A stretch of 64,000 bases of DNA, taken from NCBI GenBank assembly GCA_000146045.2, contig BK006938.2, positions 416,001-480,000 of the forward strand, read 5' to 3'. Below, one piece after another: positions 24,755-34,219 of this stretch. Numbering within the stretch: position 1 is the first letter of the stretch; each line of letters opens with the position of its first letter. Below the pieces are notes generated by a model that was not told where the DNA came from, made no database searches, and saw only the letters and a program-made list of their open reading frames with translations. Origin of the DNA: TPA_inf: Saccharomyces. Taxonomy: Eukaryota. Both the position numbers and the translations under genes were made by a program.

Positions 24755-25013
24755 GAAGGATCCGTTATAAACCGCGCAAAAATTATGCATAGACATAGAG
24801 ATATGCAATGTGTATGTGTGTATGTATGTATATGTATAAACGTACCAAATCTATTTTGCATGCATCTCTCACATGACGAATGAGGTTTTAGTAGAATAGG
24901 ATTCCAGATTTTTAAACTGGAGAACATATTCTATCATATATATACCAATTAAATTCACGTAGCGAATGCACAACACGGTTTACAAGTCAATAGTTAACAA
25001 TAGGAAGACCAAG

Positions 25014-26309
25014 CTATATATTGAAGCCGCTGAGGTCTAATTCGCCATTATCTCCAGTGGTCGACCAGTCAATATTAAGGTCGTTGAAATCATTTAATGT
25101 CAAGTATTCTTCACCGTTGTCGGCTGGAGGAGGGTTATCTCCAGGATTGGAAACAACGGTCGTTGGTAAATCATTATTAACTATATTTTCATTATCATTT
25201 CCGGTAGTGATAGAATTGTTCTTGTTATTGCTGTCGTTGTTGGTGGTATTGTTATTGTCGTTCCCACTGTTGTTGTTGTTGTTGTTGCCGTTATCGTCAT
25301 TGTTGTTATTGTTATTATTATTATTATTGTTGTTCTTCTCACTGCTGTTGTTGTTGTTCTCGTTGTCCTCGTTGTTGTTCTTATTCTTTTCATCGCCGTT
25401 GTTATTTTTGTTGCTTTCGTTGTTGTTATCCTTGCCGTTCTTGGTGCTATTGATATTATTATTTATGTTGTTTTCAATAGAAGAAATATTTATGTCATTG
25501 TAGTTGTTACCTGAGTCATTATCGTCAAAGCCTTTGGTTTCGTCCACCGTGGCATTGAAGGCTGTGGAGTCAAAACCAGTACTGTCAAGGCCTGAAAACA
25601 TCGAAATATCCATAGAGTTTAAATCGTTGAACATTACATCCGAGGGTTGGGCCTGCTGGCTTTGGATTCGAGTAGTGGTTAAGGGAGAAAATGCGGCACC
25701 GTTATTAGCAGCATTTGCGTTCTCAAGTTGTGTTTGACTGGATGATTGAAGAGATCCAAGTTCTTGATAATTCTCTTTGGAACCGTTGGCATCCGTTGTG
25801 TTCGCAGGTGCTGTTGTGGAGAAGTTCAAACCAAGGCCATTTTTTTCCTTTGAATTTTGCTGGAGTTGCTGCTGTTGGGAGGCTTCTTCGAGTTCTTGTC
25901 GCTTTTTTAATTCTTCTTGTTCTCTAACCTTCCTCATATTTTCTTGTTCAGCCCTCTTTTTTTCAGCTTCCTCTCTTTCTTTCTCCTTTTCTTTTCCGAG
26001 TGCAGTAAGAGTTTCTAAATATGAAGAACTCTGGCTTAGAGAAGTCTCTAAATCATCTAAAATTCCATGAAATAATTTAACCTTCTCTTTCAATAATTTT
26101 TGCTGAGATTGACTGAAACCATTGACGAGATAAGAATCTAGTTGTACATTTTTTAACTGTTGTTGCATCATCATTTCTGCTCCAACTTTTAGGATGTCAT
26201 CGAAGCAAACAGTAAGCTTATTTTTATACGTCATTGTTCTGGTATTGCTCCCCCGTTCAGAGAAATTGGCTGTGTGAACAGACGAAACTGGGCTATTTTG
26301 TACTACCAT
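25014..26309 (-). CDS. MED2: MED2 Mediator tail subunit, 431 aa, with Asn-rich low-complexity C-terminal half
   Basis: Length and N-terminal sequence MVVQNSPVSSVHTANFSERG... match MED2. The coiled-coil region is followed by a poly-N/D/K tract. Confidence 0.9.
   Translation of the reverse strand: MVVQNSPVSSVHTANFSERGSNTRTMTYKNKLTVCFDDILKVGAEMMMQQQLKNVQLDSYLVNGFSQSQQKLLKEKVKLFHGILDDLETSLSQSSSYLETLTALGKEKEKEREEAEKKRAEQENMRKVREQEELKKRQELEEASQQQQLQQNSKEKNGLGLNFSTTAPANTTDANGSKENYQELGSLQSSSQTQLENANAANNGAAFSPLTTTRIQSQQAQPSDVMFNDLNSMDISMFSGLDSTGFDSTAFNATVDETKGFDDNDSGNNYNDINISSIENNINNNINSTKNGKDNNNESNKNNNGDEKNKNNNEDNENNNNSSEKNNNNNNNNNNNNDDNGNNNNNNSGNDNNNTTNNDSNNKNNSITTGNDNENIVNNDLPTTVVSNPGDNPPPADNGEEYLTLNDFNDLNIDWSTTGDNGELDLSGFNI
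25180..25500 (-). repeat. AAT/AAC codon-repeat tract (Asn-rich domain of MED2); appears as a GTT-rich simple repeat on the plus strand
   Basis: Visible in the sequence. It produces spurious plus-strand ORFs (25021..25503, 25181..25393). Confidence 0.85.
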
Positions 26310-27028
26310 TACTTTCAGACGGGCAGTTTATTTGGGAGGATCCGCCTTCAAATTTAAACTATCTTGAGACCAGAACATCTATTGAAATTTTGGTGAATAT
26401 TCCAGCAACCCTCTCTATCCCGCTTTGAATTTCTTGATGTCATTGGAAACATTTAACTTTTCTCGTTACAAGCGGGTAATATCCTAATCATTGTAATTAA
26501 GACGTTGCTTCCCTGGGAAGAAAATAGTATAAACATAAGATATAATAGTTTTTAAAATGGTCAACGTATGCGATGCACAACTAAAAGGTACCAATTCATT
26601 AAATATTATAATATTTACTTCTTACTATTACACGAAAGACAAGTGTGAAATGCCTAGGAGATTGATGATTGACAAGCTCTGGCCTTGCAATAAAAATACT
26701 TATACACAACTTCAAATAATATAGAAAAGAAAGAAGACTATAAGCTAAAAATGTAGACAACCTCATTTAAATATTATTCTTAGGACTTGGTAATAATAGC
26801 TAATTTGTATATTATTCACCTCGGTCACCGCCTGTAATCACCTTTAACGAAAATAGATGCCCAGCCAATCAAAGCGCATTATGGAGTCGTCTAGGAAGGG
26901 GCCGTCCCATCATTGTAAAAGTTCATGTTAAATTAGATGGAGGATAACAATAAAGGTATCGTACACACACTGCTAAAAGAGCCTCAATCAATTTGTGAAG
27001 GTATAACTGTAGCCGTGAGGATAGGAAA

Positions 27029-27511
27029 ATGTTACGTTCAATTATTGGAAAGAGTGCATCAAGATCATTGAATTTCGTCGCTAAGCGTTCATATGCAGAA
27101 GCTGCTGCCGCATCATCAGGTTTGAAGTTACAATTTGCTCTACCACACGAAACTTTATATAGTGGCTCCGAAGTTACTCAAGTGAACCTGCCTGCTAAGT
27201 CAGGACGTATTGGTGTATTGGCCAACCATGTTCCCACCGTTGAACAATTACTACCAGGTGTCGTTGAAGTTATGGAAGGCTCTAACTCTAAAAAATTCTT
27301 TATATCAGGTGGATTTGCAACAGTTCAACCAGACTCGCAGTTATGTGTAACTGCAATTGAAGCTTTTCCATTGGAATCCTTTTCACAAGAAAATATAAAA
27401 AATTTGTTGGCAGAAGCTAAGAAGAACGTTAGTTCATCTGATGCCAGGGAAGCCGCAGAAGCTGCAATTCAAGTAGAAGTTTTAGAAAACCTACAATCCG
27501 TATTGAAATAG
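27029..27511 (+). CDS. ATP16: ATP16 mitochondrial F1 ATP synthase delta subunit, 160 aa
   Basis: Mitochondrial presequence MLRSIIGKSASRSLNFVAKRSYAEA, then conserved delta-subunit core (GVLANHVPTVEQLLPGVVEV). Confidence 0.9.
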   Translation: MLRSIIGKSASRSLNFVAKRSYAEAAAASSGLKLQFALPHETLYSGSEVTQVNLPAKSGRIGVLANHVPTVEQLLPGVVEVMEGSNSKKFFISGGFATVQPDSQLCVTAIEAFPLESFSQENIKNLLAEAKKNVSSSDAREAAEAAIQVEVLENLQSVLK

Positions 27512-28310
27512 CGTTTTTATGGTACGCATTCTAGAACTTGAGGGGAAGAAGTCTACGTTTTTAAGTGTTGACAAGCAATTCGCTTGAAAGCGCCAAAATT
27601 CATTGTTTGTTCTACTCGAATTTAAGTTTCCATTTTGGTTGATGTCTTAAGTATACAGAGAAACCGTTTATTAGCGTATATATACAGAAAATTTTATTAT
27701 TTTATATTCAAAAACAAGAAAACAAAAGAGAAAACATTAACATGTAATTTTCATAACTAATAGTCCTAGAAAGTAATACTTTTTACAACTGTTTCTTTAA
27801 ATCCTGTATGAAAGCCCTAGTTGCAGATCATCGTGTTATTCCAGTGAGTTTTCACTTCCCTAAGTCCTTCCTATTTATGTTTTAGTCCTTCTTGCACAGC
27901 AATTTTACTTCGGGCACTGTTGCCGTATATTCTAAAAAAATGAAAAAAACGTTCATGCCCCAGCGAAAACCAGTGTTTCCTCGTATTCGTGTCAGTAATT
28001 ACACCAAAGTTTGTTCTACACTAAATCACGAATAAAGTGGGAGATTGAGTTCAACAAAATATCTGATTATAAAAGTATGAGAACAAGAAAATTAAGGAGC
28101 CTCCATAATAAGGTGCTTTTAATTGAGAATGAATGTTCATTAGTTGCTATATTGATGGTGATGGAACTCCAATTACCTAATCAAAAATATGAATGTTTAT
28201 GCGAATAAGAGTTTGTAAAGAAAAAGATCCCTGTAGACTGGATGTGAGATGATGATTTCATTCCCGGCCTCTTAAATAAAAACAATTACCACTGCAAAAA
28301 TGTTCTTCAA

Positions 28311-28410
28311 ACGCGTTTATTATATAATGAAAAAGAAATTCAAATTTTTCGCGTTTGAAAATTTATGCTAAACAAATAACTCGAGGAGGGACGCGTCGAG
28401 AAAATCGCGT
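28311..28410. promoter_or_regulatory. MCB cluster upstream of MCD1: ACGCGT at 28311..28316 and 28391..28396, plus TCGCGT at 28349..28354 and 28405..28410
   Basis: Read directly from sequence, 270-370 bp upstream of the MCD1 ATG. MCD1/SCC1 is a classic G1/S MBF target. Confidence 0.7.
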
Positions 28411-28682
28411 CTTTCTACTCTCACAGTGCTTGCATACGTATGGTATACAGTATCAAAAGTAGCAGAATTTGTCTTCATTATGATATATATATATATATGT
28501 ACATATATATAGGGTGCTAAAAAGTATTCTTTTTGCTATTATTATTGCTTAAATCGCCGACCTTTTTCCCATTGTCACGAGAACATAATTGTTAAACCAA
28601 TAAAAGGAAAATCCATAACAAAAAAGGACTGGTCAAAGAAAAGACAACTCAATTGCACAATTACTTTACAAGAAACACGACA

Positions 28683-30383
28683 ATGGTTACAGAAAATCCT
28701 CAACGTCTTACTGTTTTAAGACTTGCCACCAATAAGGGTCCATTAGCACAAATATGGCTTGCTTCAAATATGTCGAATATACCAAGAGGATCGGTTATCC
28801 AAACACATATTGCTGAATCAGCAAAGGAAATTGCAAAAGCTTCTGGCTGTGATGACGAATCAGGGGACAATGAATACATAACTTTACGAACATCTGGCGA
28901 ATTACTTCAAGGCATTGTTCGTGTATATTCCAAACAGGCCACTTTTCTCCTTACAGATATAAAGGACACATTAACGAAGATAAGTATGTTATTTAAAACA
29001 AGCCAGAAGATGACTTCTACAGTAAACAGACTGAACACTGTAACAAGGGTTCATCAATTGATGTTAGAAGATGCCGTTACAGAAAGAGAAGTTTTGGTCA
29101 CCCCAGGGTTAGAGTTCTTAGATGATACTACTATACCAGTGGGCTTAATGGCGCAGGAGAATTCGATGGAAAGAAAAGTCCAAGGTGCTGCTCCCTGGGA
29201 TACTTCACTTGAGGTCGGTAGACGATTCAGTCCAGATGAAGATTTCGAACATAATAATTTGTCTAGTATGAACCTTGATTTTGACATCGAGGAAGGTCCG
29301 ATAACTTCAAAATCTTGGGAAGAAGGAACAAGACAAAGCTCACGCAACTTTGATACGCACGAAAATTACATACAAGATGACGATTTCCCTCTTGATGATG
29401 CTGGAACTATTGGTTGGGATCTAGGGATTACCGAAAAAAATGACCAGAACAACGATGATGACGATAACTCTGTTGAGCAAGGAAGAAGGCTAGGTGAATC
29501 AATCATGTCTGAGGAGCCTACGGATTTTGGATTTGATCTGGATATAGAAAAAGAAGCACCCGCAGGCAATATAGATACGATAACCGATGCCATGACAGAA
29601 TCACAGCCAAAACAAACTGGCACAAGAAGGAACTCAAAATTACTGAATACCAAAAGTATTCAAATCGATGAAGAAACAGAAAATTCAGAAAGCATAGCTT
29701 CATCCAATACATACAAAGAGGAGAGATCGAATAATTTATTGACTCCACAGCCCACCAATTTTACGACTAAAAGATTATGGAGTGAAATAACTGAAAGTAT
29801 GTCCTATTTACCAGATCCAATCCTTAAGAACTTCTTATCCTACGAATCTCTAAAAAAAAGAAAAATACATAATGGGCGAGAAGGGTCAATTGAAGAACCT
29901 GAGTTAAACGTGTCGCTTAATCTTACCGACGATGTAATTAGTAATGCGGGAACAAACGATAACTCCTTCAATGAACTGACCGATAACATGTCAGACTTCG
30001 TACCAATTGATGCTGGCTTAAATGAGGCTCCTTTTCCTGAAGAGAATATCATCGACGCAAAGACTAGAAATGAGCAAACTACCATCCAAACTGAAAAAGT
30101 TCGTCCTACTCCCGGTGAGGTGGCTTCTAAAGCTATTGTTCAAATGGCGAAGATTTTAAGGAAGGAATTAAGCGAAGAAAAAGAAGTAATATTCACGGAT
30201 GTACTAAAAAGTCAAGCAAATACAGAACCAGAAAATATTACTAAAAGAGAAGCCAGTAGAGGATTTTTCGATATTTTATCACTTGCTACAGAAGGATGTA
30301 TTGGTTTGAGTCAAACAGAAGCATTCGGAAATATTAAAATAGACGCCAAACCTGCACTATTTGAAAGGTTTATCAATGCTTAA
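28683..30383 (+). CDS. MCD1: MCD1/SCC1 cohesin kleisin subunit, 566 aa
   Basis: The true start is the ATG at 28683 (MVTENPQRLTVLRLATNKGPLAQIWLASN...), the conserved Rad21/Rec8 N-terminal domain. Winged-helix C-terminus (FFDILSLATEGCIGLSQTEAFG). Confidence 0.95.
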   Translation: MVTENPQRLTVLRLATNKGPLAQIWLASNMSNIPRGSVIQTHIAESAKEIAKASGCDDESGDNEYITLRTSGELLQGIVRVYSKQATFLLTDIKDTLTKISMLFKTSQKMTSTVNRLNTVTRVHQLMLEDAVTEREVLVTPGLEFLDDTTIPVGLMAQENSMERKVQGAAPWDTSLEVGRRFSPDEDFEHNNLSSMNLDFDIEEGPITSKSWEEGTRQSSRNFDTHENYIQDDDFPLDDAGTIGWDLGITEKNDQNNDDDDNSVEQGRRLGESIMSEEPTDFGFDLDIEKEAPAGNIDTITDAMTESQPKQTGTRRNSKLLNTKSIQIDEETENSESIASSNTYKEERSNNLLTPQPTNFTTKRLWSEITESMSYLPDPILKNFLSYESLKKRKIHNGREGSIEEPELNVSLNLTDDVISNAGTNDNSFNELTDNMSDFVPIDAGLNEAPFPEENIIDAKTRNEQTTIQTEKVRPTPGEVASKAIVQMAKILRKELSEEKEVIFTDVLKSQANTEPENITKREASRGFFDILSLATEGCIGLSQTEAFGNIKIDAKPALFERFINA

Positions 30384-30966
30384 AACCTAGTTACGCCGAG
30401 GGGATTTCTTGGTGGACCCAATAAGCTGATGCATATATAGATCAAAGACTTTAATTTATAAAATTGTCAATATTTAATATTAATATTCACAAAATACGAT
30501 AAAATTCAAACTAATGCGGTAGAGCCACTACTGGCCGCAAGGCAGAATGATCTTGGCAACTCTACACGCTGGTGCATGGGTAGTATTTATTCTAAAACTT
30601 GCTGTATTATTTTGAATAGTGATATTAGGAATCGTCTGCCCACGTACACCGGTGAAGCCGAAATTTTCTCATGGAAACCTTGGGAATAGAAGAAAGGTCC
30701 ATTGTAAGTGCTACATACTGACCATCTTACATAATCTTACACAACCCTGGTAATAAAGCCACGTCTAGAAAGTTTTCCAGGCCAAACAATCTTCTTTTCC
30801 ATTAGCTTTGGTACATTAGCAGCCAGAGGAAACATTATGCAGTTTTTAAAGGCTCAACTTTTTATCTAATATACAAAACAATAAAGTTGAACAATTTCTG
30901 GATAAAGCGCCTAGAACGTCTTACGATATCTTCAAAGAAAATAGAAAAAAATGGAATTTTTAATTT

Positions 30967-31578
30967 TTAGTTAGAGGAAACTAAACTTCCATCTTCACCT
31001 CCTTTAGAATCAGCTACTTTTGTAGATGATCCTTCCTCGTTATTTTTTATCTTCTGTTCATTCTCTTCTTTATCATCATCCGCATCTATATTAGATATCT
31101 TTTTATTATATATTTCCATTTCCATCTGGTATCTTTCTCTGTCCTCACTATAAAGCTTATAGTACGGTTTCCTATCTTGTTCGTTAAGATTTTTCCAACC
31201 TTCTGCCAGATCTCTTGTCACGTCCAGAGAGCCATTCTGCCTAATCCTTTCCTTATTCATTTCACAGTACAATAAGTATGCATTTGTGGGCCTCTTGGGC
31301 ATATTCGGATCTCTTTCCTTTACTTTGTGTCTTTTAGTTTTAGATTTTCGAAATGGCTTCGTCAATAGTTCCTGTTTGAAGGAGGCCAGAGTCGGCAATG
31401 GATCCTCACAGTTTAACTCAGGATCAAGTTCTATCCTGGATTCCAACCTCTCCAGTAAAACACCGTATTCTAATTTGAGTCTTTTCACCGAAAGTCGTGA
31501 CCTTTGGATTGCAAGTCCAAGCACCACATTCTGATCTTTCAATTCTTCAAGTCTGCGCTTTTTTTCTTCAACTGACAT
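30967..31578 (-). CDS. NHP10: NHP10 HMG-box subunit of the INO80 complex, 203 aa
   Basis: HMG box (PKRPTNAYLLYCEMNKERIRQNG...WKNLNEQDRKPYY), acidic tail. Confidence 0.9.
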   Translation of the reverse strand: MSVEEKKRRLEELKDQNVVLGLAIQRSRLSVKRLKLEYGVLLERLESRIELDPELNCEDPLPTLASFKQELLTKPFRKSKTKRHKVKERDPNMPKRPTNAYLLYCEMNKERIRQNGSLDVTRDLAEGWKNLNEQDRKPYYKLYSEDRERYQMEMEIYNKKISNIDADDDKEENEQKIKNNEEGSSTKVADSKGGEDGSLVSSN

Positions 31579-31983
31579 TTCTTATGTGTTACTATTACCT
31601 ATATCCTGGCTGCTTCTCATCCAATTCTAGCCCCTAGAACGATTTAATATATATGTGCGTGGTAATCATTTCCTTATATTTTAATTGAAATCCTTCCTTT
31701 CTCAGAAGAAAATCTTTTTTCTAAGGAAAATGGAGAACCGTCGGCTCCTTTTGCTTTACTGGTGTATTCTTGTTTTTTCTGTTTGATAATGCGATTTAGG
31801 GCGAAAAACTGCTGACAATACCTTGTCCGCTTTCGTGCACAAGATTTCTTAGCACGAAAATATATCAAGTAACCGTAAAATTATTCCTTTGCCGACTATC
31901 ACCGTAACTGCGGCTAAACAAATCTGTCCAACTACTACTCAGCTTAAATTAGCATTTTAAATACATTTAATATTCAATTAGTC

Positions 31984-33276
31984 ATGGTAGATAGTAATGA
32001 TGATCAACCGGAACGCCATGCATTACTTCATAATGACATCCAAACATCAAATAACAGTAGGCCATCACTGGTCCAAAAAAAGTACTTACCTACCCCACAA
32101 GATACAAGAAAGTCTAGAGCATCGTATACAGGAAGTGCCATGATCAACCCGACAAGTAAACAAAGTCGTACAGGATCGGGCGCTCAAAGAACATCACGCA
32201 CAGCACAGAAACTAAAACTTTTGCCAGAAGAACCATTCCAAAGAGATAGCGAAAGACTTACTGATTTAAAGAATCAGGAAGTATATTCTCAGGTAAACAG
32301 GATAAAAGATAAGCCTGCTAGAAGGGATGCTGAAAAGTTGGGAAAAGCTCACAGACATTTACTCCCCAGGTCAACTGCATATTGTACTGCTAGCAGTTAC
32401 AATATGAAAGAGCTGGTAAGGTGGTTAAAGGACTGTCGAAAGCTACATCATACTCATCCTAAATTGTTTGATGAATGCTTGTACACTCCCTTCATTTACA
32501 ACGATTGGAGGGGCGACAAAAGATTTGAGGATGAAGATGTGATTAGGTTGGATGATGAGGGCGGTGAAATTATTGTTAGTGACAAGCACCCAGATCTGTT
32601 TATCTTTGAATATGGTGTTGTCGTTATGTGGGGGTTTACTGAAAGAGAAGAAAAAGCTTTCTTAAACGATATAGAAAAGTTCGAAAAAGAAAAATTGGCG
32701 GAAGAAGATATTCAAGTTGAAGAGTTCAATTATTATGTCACAAAAAGTTATCAACCAAGAATATATAACGATTTTATTACCTTGAGAGATGGTTCAAATT
32801 ACATGGTAAAACTCTCTATCTCTCATGCAATTGCTCAAAGCGTAAAAATTTCACTTTTCGAAGAGCTTGTGGATAATACTATTGAAGATACTCAGGATAT
32901 ACCACAAGAAATTGCATACAGCGGTAAAGTTTCTATGAGCAAAGAAGATATAATGAAAAGTATAGGGGAGCTATTCATTTTGAGGATAAATATCAATCTA
33001 CATGGATCAGTTTTAGACTCTCCAGAAATTATGTGGTCAGAACCACAGTTAGAACCCATATACCAAGCAACAAGAGGTTACTTAGAGATCAATCAGCGCG
33101 TTTCACTTTTAAATCAAAGACTCGAGGTCATTTCAGATCTTCTTCAAATGTTGAAGGAACAGCTGGGCCATTCTCATGAAGAATATCTTGAATTTATTGT
33201 CATATTACTAGTTGGTGTGGAAGTCCTAATATCGGTGATCAATATAGTGGTTGACATGCTGGCTAGTCAACATTGA
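31984..33276 (+). CDS. RMD1: RMD1 DUF155-family protein required for meiotic nuclear division, 430 aa
   Basis: Length and sequence match from memory. C-terminal TM helix. Confidence 0.8.
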   Translation: MVDSNDDQPERHALLHNDIQTSNNSRPSLVQKKYLPTPQDTRKSRASYTGSAMINPTSKQSRTGSGAQRTSRTAQKLKLLPEEPFQRDSERLTDLKNQEVYSQVNRIKDKPARRDAEKLGKAHRHLLPRSTAYCTASSYNMKELVRWLKDCRKLHHTHPKLFDECLYTPFIYNDWRGDKRFEDEDVIRLDDEGGEIIVSDKHPDLFIFEYGVVVMWGFTEREEKAFLNDIEKFEKEKLAEEDIQVEEFNYYVTKSYQPRIYNDFITLRDGSNYMVKLSISHAIAQSVKISLFEELVDNTIEDTQDIPQEIAYSGKVSMSKEDIMKSIGELFILRININLHGSVLDSPEIMWSEPQLEPIYQATRGYLEINQRVSLLNQRLEVISDLLQMLKEQLGHSHEEYLEFIVILLVGVEVLISVINIVVDMLASQH

Positions 33277-33710
33277 GCCTTTTGATCATGCAAATATATT
33301 ACGGTATTTTACAATCAAATATCAAACTTAACTATTGACTTTATAACTTATTTAGGTGGTAACATTCTTATAAAAAAGAAAAAAATTACTGCAAAACAGT
33401 ACTAGCTTTTAACTTGTATCCTAGGTTATCTATGCTGTCTCACCATAGAGAATATTACCTATTTCAGAATGTATGTCCATGATTCGCCGGGTAAATACAT
33501 ATAATACACAAATCTGGCTTAATAAAGTCTATAATATATCTCATAAAGAAGTGCTAAATTGGCTAGTGCTATATATTTTTAAGAAAATTTCTTTTGACTA
33601 AGTCCATATCGACTTTGTAAAAGTTCACATTAGCATACATATATTACACGAGCCAGAAATAGTAACTTTTGCCTAAATCACAAATTGCAAAATTTAATTG
33701 CTTGCAAAAG

Positions 33711-33821
33711 GTCACATGCTTATAATCAACTTTTTTAAAAATTTAAAATACTTTTTTATTTTTTATTTTTAAACATAAATGAAATAATTTATTTATTGTT
33801 TATGATTACCGAAACATAAAA
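33711..33821. other. CEN4: CEN4 point centromere: CDEI GTCACATG (33711..33718), CDEII 78 bp at about 92% A+T (33719..33796), CDEIII TGTTTATGATTACCGAAACATAAAA (33797..33821)
   Basis: CDEI matches RTCACRTG. CDEII length and A+T content are typical. CDEIII carries the invariant CCG flanked by the TGTTTATG...GAAA...AAAA consensus. Lies between RMD1 (YDL001W) and NTH1 (YDR001C), exactly where CEN4 maps. Confidence 0.95.
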
Positions 33822-34188
33822 CCTGCTCAAGAAAAAGAAACTGTTTTGTCCTTGGAAAAAAAGCACTACCTAGGAGCGGCCAAAATGCCGAGGCTTTCAT
33901 AGCTTAAACTCTTTACAGAAAATAGGCATTATAGATCAGTTCGAGTTTTCTTATTCTTCCTTCCGGTTTTATCGTCACAGTTTTACAGTAAATAAGTATC
34001 ACCTCTTAGAGTTAACCTATACTAAAATTTATGCCAGTTAACTATGAGATAAGCAAGTATCATCTCATTTCATTACCTGAAGTCGAGTAAACAGAAAATC
34101 CAATTGTTGATGAACCTCAATGACTTAGAACTATCTATCGGCAGATCATATAAAGAGGATTTAGGTACCTAGAGGACTGTACCTGGAG

Positions 34189-34210
34189 TATATATATATA
34201 TATATATATA
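34189..34210. repeat. (TA)11 microsatellite in the NTH1 3' flank
   Basis: Read directly from sequence. Confidence 0.9.
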
Positions 34211-34219
34211 TTATCTCAA

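Noticed and set aside
25021-25503. Plus-strand 160-aa Leu/Ser-rich ORF and minus-strand 70-aa Thr-rich ORF inside MED2
   Set aside because: Antisense or alternate-frame translation of the Asn-codon repeat; not genes.
33771-33781. Perfect ARS consensus match (ATTTATGTTTA on the minus strand) inside CEN4 CDEII
   Set aside because: CDEII is over 90% A+T, so ACS-like 11-mers occur by composition. There is no flanking B-element context, and the centromere is the better explanation.
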